The position numbers and the translations under genes are program-made. From positions 80,602,001 to 80,666,000 of the forward strand of contig NC_087436.1 of assembly GCF_036321535.1 (NCBI RefSeq): 64,000 bases of DNA, written 5' to 3'. The notes under the pieces were generated by a model. That model saw nothing but the letters and a program-made list of their open reading frames with translations. It was not told where the DNA came from and did no database searches. Of this stretch, positions 39,230 to 51,809 are shown piece after piece. Position 1 is the stretch's first letter, and every line of letters starts with the position of its first letter. This DNA comes from Camelus dromedarius (taxonomy: Eukaryota).

Positions 39230-40460
39230 TCCATAAACGAAGGTTTCCAGCACAGGGCGTGGGGGGAGGGGGTGGGTAGAGCAGGGCTCGGGAATAAGCC
39301 AGGAGAGGCCCGCAGCCCTGGAGACAGCGCCCGAGGGATGGAGGCCTCGCTCGGCTGTGCCCGGGGGCGGGGGGTCCGGAAACCGAGACCCCGCCGGGTC
39401 TGGCAGAGAGGCCCCGACCGGACCTGGATTCCTGGACCGCCAGGTTACGCCCCCACTGCTCACTGGAGGTAATGTCCAGCCCTCTCTTTCCTCATCCCCC
39501 GAAGCACCCCAGCATCGCTCCGCATCGCCGACGGCCCGTGACCCCGACCCCGAGCGGACCGCGACGGCGCCCTCTCCAGGCCGCGAGGGTGGACACAGGC
39601 CAGGCCGCCAGCCCTGGAGGCGGCGGCGGCTCCGGGGCAGCGCGGTCCCGGGGGAGGACGGCAGCTGGGCCGCGGCCTGTCCCCAGGGGCGGCGGGCGCA
39701 GGGCCGCGAGTGGGCAGCGCCTCCGGCCCGCACGAACAAAGCGGCCGAGGCGCGCCGGGCGCGGGGCCGGGGCGGGGGGCGGCGGGCAGGGGGTACTCAC
39801 CGGAGGGCGGGTGGGCGCGGGCGGGCCTGGCCCGGAGCGGGGACCGCGGCGGGCCGGCGACGGGGAAGGGGCGGCGTCCGCGGCGGGGCCCTGGAGCCCC
39901 GCTGCGGGGGACGGGGCTTCGGGCCGGGATCGATGCTGCGGCCGCGAGGTGCGGGAGCCGGTCGGCGGGGGCGGGCAGCGGCGCTAGGCGGCCGGGGCAG
40001 CGACGCCGCCGCCTCTCCCTTCTCCTGGCCGGCTCCCTGCTCCCCCACGTCCTTCTCCTCGCTGGGTCCCCGCCGCCGCCGCCGCCTCAGCCTCGGCGCT
40101 TCTCGGGCTTCTCCTCTCCATCAAGACCGGGCCGCCCCGCAGGGACCATCCCGGGAAGTGAGGGGCTGTTGCCGTCTCCCGCAGCTGTTGGTGGCCATTT
40201 TTAATCCTCCTCCTCCTCCTGCTTTCTCCACCTCCCGCTGGCTGCCTGACTGACTGACTCTGGATCCTCCTCTTTCCCCTCCTGCTCCTCCTACTGAGCC
40301 GGCCGCAGAAATTGCAGCCGCTCTTCCTCTTAACCCTCCTGCCTTTCCTTCCTCTTTCCTTACTTCCTTCCCTTCCTTCTGCTTCCCGCTTTCCCCTCAC
40401 TCTTACTGGCCTCCTTCGCCCCCTTTTGCAGGCAACGGGCGCTCGATTCTCTTAGCCTGA
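39230..40460. promoter_or_regulatory. CpG island / WDFY3 promoter (likely bidirectional)
   Basis: Abrupt shift to very high GC with dense CpG and many GGGGCGG/GGGCGG (SP/KLF) boxes against an AT-rich background. YY1-type GCCATTTT at 40194-40201. Confidence 0.95.
39801..40330 (-). other. WDFY3: WDFY3 exon 1 (5'UTR); TSS position approximate
   Basis: Minus strand reads GGAGGAGGATTAAAAATGGCCACCAACAGCTGCGGG...GCCCTCCG|GTGAGT. The donor appears as ACTCAC on + at 39795-39800, inside the CpG island. Confidence 0.85.
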
Positions 40461-42240
40461 GTTCGGCCCCCTTTTCATTCTTGTCCTTCTCCCCCCCCCC
40501 CTTCCCTCCCAGAGGCACACACCCCCGCTTCCTTCCTTTCCCTGGTCCTGCTCTCAGCTGTTTCCTTTTCCCTCTCCCAGCCCCTGCCCCTCTCACCCTC
40601 CTGGCTCCAATTTCTCTAAAGACTCAGCTGAGAAAGGACAGCTGGGTTCTGCTCTCCTAAACCCTACACCTATTTGCTGGATGCTGTCAGGCAGCGATGG
40701 GAGGACTGGAGGCTGCGTTAATTTTACTCTAGCTGGAGTACAAAAGGACTGCCCACGCTAGCTGTTTTACTACGCAGCTTTGAAACTCCTTGATGGTGTC
40801 GCGTTTGACTCAGGTCCAATAAAGGAGCGAGGAGTTGAAGAGCCCAGTCTCAGTTGCCTTCCCTCCGTGACCTTGAACCGGTCGCCTTAACATTTTAGGG
40901 TTTTGCTTTTTGGTTTTTGTGGGTTTTTTTCTTCCATTCCTGTAAAGGGCATTGTTTACACCCTTGCAATCTTAACAAACCAATTAGCACGCTTTGGTAA
41001 ACCTAAAACTGCTAAGTGATCGTCAGTTTGCCCCTCTGTTGCTTGTTTCTAATCAACCCAGTGGACTGTTTGGAGCATACATTAGTTCTGGAGGCAAACT
41101 GAGTCAGCAATTATGAGTGGACTCCCTTAAACAGGCTCAGAGTGGGGAAGTGGTAATACTGTCATGACAAACTTGTTTTTCCTAACACGGCAATCTACAG
41201 AATTTCCTCTAATAAAGATGAAACAAGCTGGACTTGCTGTTTGCTTCTTTTTAGTCACTTGGCCTTTGTCAAATTGGACCCTTTTGTAAGGATTCACTCA
41301 CGGATTACTTAAATATTCAGCACTGCTGACAAATACAGGGGATATTATATGTGAGCACTTGGGGGGGGGGGGGGTCACAGTTTCTGCTTCTTTGGAACAA
41401 TGCCTATCAAAAAAAAAAAGAAAGAAAGAAGAAGCACCTTGCCCTTTCAGAGTAAAACGACTACGTGTGTTCAAAGGTTAGTCACTTCAGTAGGCTGTGT
41501 GGGAAGAAGTGTTTTAAAATGTTTTATATTCTACTTAAAAGTGACTTTTTTTAAGTTCAGATGTAGAATTATGTTATTATAAAAATGCAAGCATTTCAAT
41601 GCTGTTTGAGAAGAATGTCAAAACTACCCTAAAAATATATTTTAATAAAAAATATTTATGTTTCTGGGAGCAGAGAGGTGGGGTTCTAATCTTTTTCTTT
41701 GAGCCTCACAAAGTAACCTGTACCTAGTTAGGTTCTAGATTTTAGTTGCCATCTTTCAATACCACTAATTTTTCTATTTGAAATCAACATCTTGTATCAG
41801 CATCTAAAACTCTTCTAAACCCAAATAAAATGAGACAGCTTTGTGTAATATATTTTAGAATAAACTATTGAAAACAAAGCACCTATATAGTGTGAGGGGG
41901 CTGTGTGTGTGTTTTCTTTTTGGCCTTTTGGTGTTTATTATTTATTAGATTTTGTGTTTCTCCAGTCTATTACAAGACAAACTTACCACAAAATTACTGA
42001 TTCTTAAGTATTTCCTTATACAACTGAATACTTGTAGAAAGAATAAAATTGGATACCATGAATACAGAGTAAGAAAATCATTTGACTTCTTTTAAACACA
42101 GGACAGCATGCGTTTTTAAAGGAGGGTTTTCAGTTAAATATGAAGTTTCAGGAAACTTATCATTCTGATTTTATCTACACTGAAGAAAGAAGAGTTCTAC
42201 ATTTTTTATTCATTAACACTTTAATTATAAATGTTTTTCC

Positions 42241-42486
42241 TTTTTTGTATGTATTTTTATTGAAGTATAATCAGTTTACATTGTGTCAATTTCTGGTGTA
42301 CAGCATAATGCTTCAGTCATACATGAACATACATACATTCATTTTCATATTCTTTTTCACCATAAGTTACTACAAGATATTGAATATAGTTCCCTGTGCT
42401 ATACAGTATATACTTGTTTATCTGTTTTATATATAGTAGTTAACATCTACAAATCTTGAACTCCCAGGTTATCCCTTCCCGCCCCC
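42241..42486 (-). mobile_element. Short young L1 3' tail
   Basis: T-rich tail, then tattgaagtataatcagtttacattgtgtcaatttctggtgtacagc; TSD ataaa(tg/ca)ttttt at ~42227 and ~42487. Confidence 0.9.
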
Positions 42487-45400
42487 ATAAACATTTTTCT
42501 GTTGAAGAAAATATACTGCATTAAAGTTCACAGACAGATCAGTATGCAAGGGTGGCCCTTTCTTGTTAATATCTTATCAACTAAAAATCTCACAAAGGTT
42601 TTTTCAGTGATACAAAATAAATATTGACAGAAAGATAAAATACTGATAAAAAAGTGATATAAATGTAACAAGCTTTTTCCTTTTTTACTGAACTCATATA
42701 AACATAAGCACAGTAATAATGTACAGCACCCAGAAAAATCAGATCCTTCACATTTACTTTTTTGCAGCCCTGTTTGAGATGTGTCATCATTACAGCCCTT
42801 ACCTTCTTTAGTCTTTGTTGCTGGCTAAGTGTAGTTTCTCTGTCCTCATAGGGTTCGGGAATTAAAAAAAAAGGTCAGATCAGGTTCTCCTGCAACATGA
42901 TTATTGTTTCATATGTATTCACTCTCAGATAAACTCAGGGTCTTCTATAAAACAAAGAATTGTGTTAAAGTCGGGTAAACCCTTTGTGCAGAGGCCAGAT
43001 GGGAAGGGATCGAGGCATGTGCAGCAAGCTCCTCTGGGAATAGAGGAGCAAACATGAAGGGCTATTTCTAAGCAGAGCCCAGTCCCCAACTTACAATTCA
43101 TGAATAAGGCGATTGTGGAGAATAACAATCAAGAGGATATCTGTGACAATAAACAAAAAAACCCATATTTGTTTTTAATACAATTGAAAATTCTATGAAC
43201 ATGAACAAGCAAGGCACAACTTTAAATTGAGGAAGATGGAGATAAAAGGATCACGAAAAATATCGAAAAGTAAGAAGAAAATTAAAAATAATAGAAAATA
43301 GCAATTTTGGATAATTGTTAGGATAAATTATATGTATTGACAATTTGTTATTTAAACAATTATTTTCTTTACATTTGCATTTAAGACTAAATATGAATTA
43401 ATTTAAACGAACAGGTAGAATTATCGCAGAGACAAATATAAATAAATTATAGAATTTTAAGATACTTATTACTAGAATACAGTATGCTAAATTATTCTGG
43501 AACACAAAAATTAAAAGAAATTGAAGCCTCAATCAACATATTTTAAAATTGCATAACTACTGTTTTAAAAACATGTATGCATTTTCCTAAGCTATTAGGT
43601 ACAACAATAGAAATGCCATATTGTTTTCCCTTGTTTGACAGAGCCAGATGGAAAATAAATGGGCAAGCAAATGACAGTCTCTGGGGATCATGGGAATTGA
43701 ATGACTATAAAAACCATACTCCAGACAAGAATATAGTCTTGGGTAAATGTTCAGTTTTATGCTCATAATCTCTGTTCTTTTAGAAAAGACAATAATATTT
43801 CTGCTACACCTCTTCCTCTTTAGATGGACTGTCTAAAATATCAAGTGAGTAATGACAAGCCATATTTATCTGCACTGATTAAAATTTAGTATCATTCTTC
43901 ACTCCTCAATTTGGAGAACTCCTTATAATTAACTGATGAGCTGTCCTCGAGACAGTGCCATTTAGAGTCATTACTGCAATCTAATTGGGGAAAAATGCTT
44001 TTAGAAAGTTCTAATTAGAGACTTTTTCTGTTCTTACAAATACATTCAAAGGAGGTACTGAAGCATTTGTTTTGTGTTTTTCTTGGGGGGGTTGGGGATT
44101 TGTAGCTTGGTGTATTGTTTTTGTGTTTTCACCTAAGTAAGTAAAAAAAGGTAAAGCTTCTTTATGTTTTGAAGAGTAACATGACCACATAAAAGGAAAC
44201 TGTAATAGTAACAATTTTTGCCTTGCTCATCATAATGATCATGATTATAATAGAAAGAACTTTTTAACACTTCACTATTAATGAATTTTATTTCTTATTA
44301 AAGTTGGAAAGCTCTCTTGATTTTCAGTTCCTTATATTTCTTTATAGAGAGTTCAGACTTTTAAAACAATATCTTGGCAATGTTTTTATAAGTTAAATAT
44401 AGTAGTATATAAACTAGATTTATTTCACTCAAAAAAATGTTAGCAAAAAAATGGAAATGGCTTATTAGAGGTCATTTAATGTCTATTTGGTGGCACTCTG
44501 AATAAAATCAAGATCTCCTGGCTCAGTCTCAAGTTCAAAAACTTCAGAGTTGAAACGATTAATCTTATAAGTAAGAAACTGAAGCCCAGTGAAACTTTTA
44601 ACTGTGCCACATTAAATATAATTTTAACTTTATTTCCAGATCTACTGTTCAACATTGATGTTTCTCAGAAATAAAGCCAAGGAACAAAGTAAAATAAACT
44701 GGGTTTTCCTGTTGTTTACAAAAATGAGAACAATTATTTGCAATACACCAAGGAAAAAACAGAATTTAAGAAAGTTTGAGTAGACTAAAAGAAATGTGAA
44801 TTATTTTTTTTATCTAGAGCAACCCTCATTCTATAATATTTATTTTTAGGTCAAAAAGGGTAAAGTTAACTGTCAAAAATACTATGTAATTTAATAGGCT
44901 GAGTCTGAATTTCAAAAGTCAAAGGATTCAGGGGGTGGGGTTGGGGGAGAGAGAGAGGCCTAGAGACAGAGAGAGGGACAGAGGGAGAGAGAGAGGGAGG
45001 GAGCTCATTGGATTACTTAAGTAAAGTAAACAGTGCCATCTGCTGACCAGAATGAAAAACATAGTGGTCTTTGACACATCTGTAAGAGGATAAAGGAGTT
45101 CAAGAAAAAGCTATTAATTTATTCCACACATCCTTTAATCATGCTAAAAAGTACTATGCTGGTGATGTAAAATTAATCAGCCTCCTTTACAGAAATTTCA
45201 GATTATATTCTATGTTAGCTGCGGTTGTTGTTATTAGTATTATTTCAAAGCCAGCCAACAGTTAAATCTGATCAGTATCAGTAATGAGGCCACGTTTAGC
45301 TAAAACAACATTTAGTTTTACGGATAAAATGTAAATGAGTAAATGAAGTTATTAACTTGGAATTATGAATTTGGTAAATTTTATATAAAGATTTTTTGTT

Positions 45401-45779
45401 TCTAAATGCATAACCACACTAAAAATAATTTGGAAAATAGAAAATTTTAAAGTTTGATTCTTGATCTAATTATTTCACTTTGCAAGTATGTAAGGGGCTG
45501 CTATGCCAGAAACTTGATTGCCTGCAGGAGATATAAATAAGACCTAGTGTATGCTCTCATGTAGTTCACATTCCAGTGAAGGAGACAGATGTAAACCAAA
45601 CATTATTATGTCTTAAGAATTATAACAGAAGCATGTACAGGATGGTGCAGAAATATCTCCATTCTGCTCTAATGCGGCAAATCATTACCAACAGTTTATA
45701 TTTGAAGTCTAATAAGCATTTGCTCCTGTCCTCTATTGCTATATATAATCCTCAAACTTGTGCAAGAACTGTATTTTAA

Positions 45780-46420
45780 AACTTTCTCCTTGAGTGGAGT
45801 TTTTGTTTTATTGTTTTACTCAGAAACCTCAAAAGACAATATCCTTAACTCTTCGATTTCTCTCATTCCCTGCTTCAAGTCTATTGCCAGCTACTGTCAA
45901 TTCACTCCCTAAGTATCTCTGGAATACTAACCTTTCCATTTTCTCTGGCACTACCCTAGTCTCACTTTCACAACTGCAATAATCTTTTATCCGGTTTACC
46001 TACATTCACTTGGATCCTTTCCAATCCATTGTTCTCTCTTAAAACTTTCAGTGCCTCTCAGAACCTGACATGGTTGGTTCACGACACACCTCTATAGTGT
46101 CAGTTCACATCATGATTTCTTGTTCTTTAGTTGCTGCTGTCACCCTGGTCTGCTTTCAGTTCCTCTATCTTGGCATGCTCCATCTGCCACAGGGCCTTTG
46201 CACAGTCTATTCCCATTCCTCCATTCTTCATTTGTCTTCAATAAGCCTTCACTGAACTACCTAATTCACAAAATCCAACCATTAAAAACTCATAGAACCA
46301 CTCAACCTTCCTTCATAGCAGTCATCACAGATGCAATTTTATAGTTTTATATGTTAATAAGTGACATGTCTGTAAATTCAGTGAGGACAATGACTGTGTC
46401 TGTTCTGGCTTTTTATTGTT
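45780..46420 (+). mobile_element. L2 fragment
   Basis: ctgcaataatcttttatccggtttacc, ccacagggcctttgcacagtctattccc, tgtaaattcagtgaggacaatgactgtgtctgtt. Confidence 0.75.
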
Positions 46421-47196
46421 CCAATTTTGGCAACATCATTTCACTCTACAAAAATTTTCCAATTCATATAGAAAAGCTTTGAATCAAGCAATTAGGAACT
46501 ATCATAACTTAAGAAAGTATACCAAATAAAAGGATGAATAAAACATGCTGGATTATTGACGACTGCAGATGCACACTATTTTCTCTTATTGAAACACTAA
46601 TTTGTTATTTTTTCCTTCTTCTTTCCTATATGTCACAATAACACAAGAAAACATACTTGCTTTCTTTAAGATTGGCTATTGAGTCTAGTTATCGCAATCA
46701 GAATGCTCGCTAATTTGGGGATGCACTATCTTCAAAACAATATTGTATTGGGGAAGGAATTATAAATGAAATTAAACATAGATCTAATTTTTTCTAGATT
46801 TTCTCCATCACTGAAATGTTTTGTGCTTCCTCATCTGTTCTTCCCTGTCTCCTGACATTTCTGCTATCTTTATGTGCCTTTAAAAATCGAATTCCTTTTT
46901 TGCTATACTTTTGAAATTTCCAGCCAATGGGATGGGGGTAGAGGGACACAATAACAAAGTCAACCAAAATACAACCTACAGCTTCTTTGTTTTATTTAAA
47001 AAATTTTCTCAATAGCTTAGGTTTCCAGATGGAACCAGTCATTAATAAATAGATTTCTATGTTCTCCCCTTGTCAAGAAGTTAAATCATTCAGAATTCAA
47101 ATTGAAGTCATATAAAATCAATTAGATTATGGATGCAATAACAAACATTAATTTTTCTTTAAGTAAACTGACTTTAAGTTAATTATTTAGCCATAC

Positions 47197-47657
47197 TGAT
47201 GGCTAATTTTATGTGTCAGCTTGACTGGACCACAGGGTGCCCAGATATTTAGGTGAACATTATGCTTGGTGTATCTGTGACAGTGTTTTTGGATGAGATT
47301 GACATTTGAACTGGTAGACTGAGTAAAGCAGATTGCTCTCCCCAATGTAGGTGAGCCTCATCTGATCCGTAGAAGGCCTGAATAGAATAAAAAGGCAGAG
47401 TTAGGGAGAATGCTCTCTGTGTGACTGTCTTTAAGCTGGGACTTTGGTCTTCTCCCACCTTTGGGCTGGAACTTGGACTGGAACTTATGCCATTGACTCT
47501 CCTGGGTCCCCAGCTTGCCGGCTGCAGATCTTGGGACTTCTCAGCCTCCATAACTGTGTGAATCAATCCCTTACAATGAATCTATTCATTTTATCTATAG
47601 ATTATATATATCCTATTGATTTTGTTTGTATTATTCTGGAGGACCCAGACTAATACA
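47197..47657 (+). mobile_element. ERVL solo LTR (MLT2B-like)
   Basis: tgatggctaattttatgtgtcagcttgactgg...ctggaggacccagactaataca; 5-bp TSD catac at 47192-47196 and 47658-47662. Confidence 0.9.
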
Positions 47658-47899
47658 CATACCATGACATTAAAGACTGACCATAGGTACATGGATTTTA
47701 CACTATTAAATATAATTAACATTGATTGATTTTAATTTTAAATTCCATGCAATTTCATCTTTCATATCTATAAAATAACATCTGTTAAAATAAGACTGAA
47801 TACACACACACACACACACATATAATCCTCAGTTTTTTAAACATTTTCAAGTCTCTTTATTGTTCGGTTGGGAGGGAAATCTCCCAATCTCCTCTTTTT

Positions 47900-48480
47900 T
47901 TTTTTCCTTCAAATTTTTCAAAGCAGTGGCCTATTTATACTCCATTTATACTCAATTCCTCCACTCAAATTCCTAAGAGTCGTTCAACTGCCCGTTTACT
48001 TTAGCTCTCTGTTGAAACTTCTCTCACCAAAACCACCGGTGATCTCCTATTGCATCAAATAATTTCCGTTTTATCCTGGAGGTTCTCTATCCTTATTCTG
48101 GAAATGCCGATACTGTCCCTCCCTGCTGCTCTCTTCCTTACTTTATATAACACTGTTTCTTCTGGGCTGCTCTCAAATTCTCTACGCATTCTTCCTGTTT
48201 CCTTTACCAAATCTGTTTCTTCTGCCTGATCATTACAGTTCTTGCTTTCCAAAGTGCTGCTGTCATTCCACTGATCCTTTCAGTAATCCTTTATGAACTC
48301 AGTTCTACACACTGATTACATAACTTGACATCCCCAGCCTGGACCATTCCCCATGCTTCAGCCTCCTACCCAATTACTTGCTTCATACTTTATACTCAGT
48401 CTCTAAAACTGAAATGATTATCTTCCCCTAAACCTATTTCTATGCCTAGTTCCTATCTTTCAGTTGTAGTATTCTTCATT
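47900..48480 (+). mobile_element. L2 fragment
   Basis: tgaaacttctctcaccaaaaccaccggtgatctcc, ctctaaaactgaaatgattatcttcccc. Confidence 0.6.
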
Positions 48481-48543
48481 TGACCCTTTTTTTAAGAAGG
48501 GAAATGCCAGCACAACAGAGCAGTATCTGCGACATATGTAGGG

Positions 48544-48925
48544 TGTGGTAAGTTGCATTACTGTTTACACTTACTGTTTACAAGTATTTGCTGTCCATCC
48601 CTGGGGACAGTTGTACTTTCCTGCCTTATTGACAGTAGGTTTGACCATGTGACTTGCTCTGGACAATAAAATGCAAGCATAATGATGGTGTCACGTCCCA
48701 GCAGAAGATACTTATGGGCCAGAATATAGTTTGCCATGATCTCTTTGCCCTATGCCAGGACAATCAACAACATTTCAGATGTTCCACTAGCTTAGGTGCT
48801 GGCATGAAGGTGAAGCCAACCTGCCAAGAGATAGTAGTATAAATGAAAATAAAGCTTGAAGATTATAGTCACTGAAATTTGGGGGTCATTTGTTAACATA
48901 ATACATCCTAGCCTATACTGACTGT
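48544..48925 (+). mobile_element. MaLR LTR (MLT1I/J-like)
   Basis: gaccatgtgacttgctctggacaataaaatg...cactgaaatttgggggtcatttgttaacata...cctagcctatactgact. Confidence 0.75.
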
Positions 48926-50097
48926 TCTTGAACTGGGGAAGTTTAAACCAAACAATTTTATCGTCATCCATGTAGTTAATAATGTATAAAGGCAACAGAA
49001 AGATGTTCTCAGATATGCAAGTCCTATCAGATAACCTTTATATAATTAAGAGTAAGTCCCTTAAATATTTCTCCCCAAACTGAAATATGAAGCAAAATTA
49101 AGAGCCAATGGGAAATGAGGGTTTGAAATGACAGTCTGAAAGCAATGAAACTAAGTAAGAGTGATATGTGAAAAAAAAATGGCTGCAAATCTGCTTATAA
49201 ACTGAATGCAAACATTATAGATAATTCTTAAAAAGGAAGAACTATAAAATATTAATACAGTAAAAACTTGGATCCATATTATATTAGCAAAGACTGATAA
49301 GTTGGAGAAGGGAAAAATGTACTAAATTCATTGCATCAAATAGAGAGAATTAAAAAATAAACCATTTACTCTGAACTCTGAACATTATCTAAAGTTAAAT
49401 AATTATATTAAAATTCTTAACAGTAGAAGCTTTTAGTTAAAGATGGCAAAATAAAGACATTTGTATTTCATTCCTGTCCTTGTAAACTACTACTAATAAA
49501 AAAATTAAAAAACAATGTAGAGAGGGGAAAACCCCTCATTTTCAATGAAACAAGGAAATGATATAACCCTAAATTACAATATAGGAAGTAGTTTTACCAA
49601 GCAGTGAGATGACATGAGGGAAGAGGCTAAGTCCTGAAAACCAAAGCATGCCTTCTCTAACCTTGAGCAGAACGCAGATTTCTTTCTAAAGAAGAGGACA
49701 GTCCTGAAAGACTGTGATCTGGGCAAGCTCTGGGCCTGGAGGAGCCTCAGGAAAAAATGGAATGTGTACTTTGAAGGGATGGTGTACCAAAGAAGACACC
49801 AGGCTGGCATGCCCTCTTTACAGCCTTCAGCCTTTTCCCCGAGCCAAGGAGATTGCTAGAGCTAACGTGGCATGAGGAAGGAAGAGAGGAGCCAGCAGTC
49901 TCATGTCACTCCCCACCCCTCGACAGATTTTTGCCAATAACTCGTTGACAAGTCCTCTGTGTCATGGCAACAACTAGCTCTAAGGAAGGCAGGAAAAACA
50001 CATAACTGTTACAGCTTCTGTGGGAGAGACAGGCAAGGCGGAAGGTGAGGGAGGCTGCAATTTCTGCCATTACCAAAAAAAAAAAAAAAAAAAAAAA

Positions 50098-50418
50098 AAG
50101 GCAGAGGAAGGGCAAGTTTGCTGTCTCTGCTTTCTCTGGGACCTCTGTCTTCTCCTGCCCTCACACCACAACATCAGCGCTCCTGATTTTCCAGCTTTCA
50201 GGCTCAGACCAGGACTCCCACCCCCGATTCTCCAGCTGAATTGTGCCACCAGTTGGCGGGTTCTCTGCTTGTAGATGGTAGTTCAAGGGCCTTCTTGGCC
50301 TTGATAACTACGTGATCCAATTCCTACTGTGTATGTTATACACATACATACATAAACATAAATACATATGCATGTATATGTATCTCTTATTGCCTCTGTT
50401 TCTCTGAAGAACTAACAC
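50098..50418 (+). mobile_element. MLT2-type LTR 3' portion
   Basis: catcagcgctcctgattttccagctttcaggctcagac...tcttattgcctctgtttctctgaagaactaacac. Confidence 0.7.
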
Positions 50419-50765
50419 GCCATTTATCTTTCTTGCCTTCTGTAGCAGAATTAAATATTCATTAAAGATATAGCAAAATCTGTTTCATATTCTTTTTCAT
50501 AAAATAATTATATATATACATGTATAACCAAATTATTATGCTATACACCAGAAACTAACACATTGTAAATCAACTATATTTCAATTAAAAAAATTTTAAA
50601 AAAAGGATGAACCAAAATTTTAAAAAGAATCAAGATGGAATCTAGAAATAAGAAAACCAAAAGAAGAGAAAAAGAAGAGAAATGAACTATATAAAGAGCA
50701 TGCAGTACAAGGTAAATTACCTAATAAATAGACCAACAGTTAACTATGTATTTTTCCATAGTCTC

Positions 50766-51202
50766 TGTCATGCATTGAATAGTGTTCCCCATCGAATTCA
50801 TGTCTACACGAATGTAACCTTATTAGGAAATAAGTCTCTGCCAATGTAATTAGTTAAGACAAAGTCATATGGATTAGAGTGGGCCCTAAATCAAATGACT
50901 GATACCCTTATAACAAGAAAAGAGGACAAACAGAGACACACATAGGAAGAAGGTCATGGGATGGTGGCGGCAGAGATTGGAGTGATTATCTACAAGCCAA
51001 AGAATGCCAAGGATTTCAGGGAACACCAGGAGGCAGGGGAGGCTAGGAAGGGTTCTTTCCTAGACCCTTCAGAGGGAGGTTAGCCCTGCTGACACCTTGC
51101 TTTCAGACTTTTAGCCTCTAAACTGTGAATCAATAAACTTCTGTTGTTTCAAGCCATCCACTTTGTGATCTTTTGTTATGGCAGCCCTAGGAAACCAAAA
51201 CA
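50766..51202 (+). mobile_element. MaLR solo LTR (MLT1C-like)
   Basis: tgtcatgcattgaatagtgttcccc...gcagagattggagtgat...ttgttatggcagccctaggaaaccaaaaca; TSD gtctc/gtctg. Confidence 0.85.
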
Positions 51203-51230
51203 GTCTGCAAGAAATTACATAGAGCATGAG

Positions 51231-51809
51231 TGTGGTGGACAGACTCTAGGGTGGCCCTCATGATTTCTGCCTCTTGGTGTTTATGCCTTTGTGTTAGCTT
51301 TTCTCCTTGAGTGTAAGTAGGACCTATGACTTGCTTCTTACCAACTGAGTTCAGGAAATGGGATAGGATGTATATGATTTAATAATATGTGATTACATTA
51401 CGTAAGATTGTAACCCACCTTATTAGGAGACTTTCTCTCTTGCTGGCTTTGAAGAAGCAAGCTACCATGTTGTGAGCACCATGCCATATGGAAAGAGACA
51501 CAGAGCAAGGAGGTAAGAACACACTAGCCAGCAAGAAAATGATGCCCTCTGTCTGGCAGCCTGCCAGGAACTAGATCCTGCAAACAACCATGTTGTGTTG
51601 GGAAGTAGATCCTTCCCCATTCAAGCCTCAGATCAGACAGTAGCCCCAACTGACAACATAACTGCAGCCTTCTGAGACTTTGAAGCACAGGACTCAACAA
51701 ACTGTGCTCAGACACCTAACCCACAGAAATTGTGAGATAACTAGCATGTGTTGTTTTAAGCCACTAAGTTTGTGGTGATACAGTTATACAGCAAATGATA
51801 ACTAGTACA
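51231..51809 (+). mobile_element. MaLR solo LTR (MLT1E/F-like)
   Basis: tgtggtggacagactctagggtggccctcatg...gctggctttgaagaagcaagctaccatgttgtgag...gataactagtaca. Confidence 0.85.

Larger units (their letters stand above)
1..40330 (-). other. WDFY3: WDFY3 (ALFY) gene, 5' portion: non-coding exons 1-2, intron 1 and part of intron 2; CDS starts outside the window
   Basis: Minus-strand text of 39801-40330 and 10823-10916 matches my recollection of consecutive parts of the human WDFY3 5'UTR. The two parts are joined by canonical GT..AG sites. Confidence 0.88.

Noticed and set aside
39134..40253. Long ORFs (298, 201, 171, 164 aa) in the CpG island
   Set aside because: Low-complexity G/R/A/P translations are expected from stop-poor GC-rich DNA. 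They have non-ATG starts, overlap in many frames and show no recognisable domain.
41361..41374. G14 homopolymer
   Set aside because: It is a simple mononucleotide run whose length may be unreliable, with no evidence of function.
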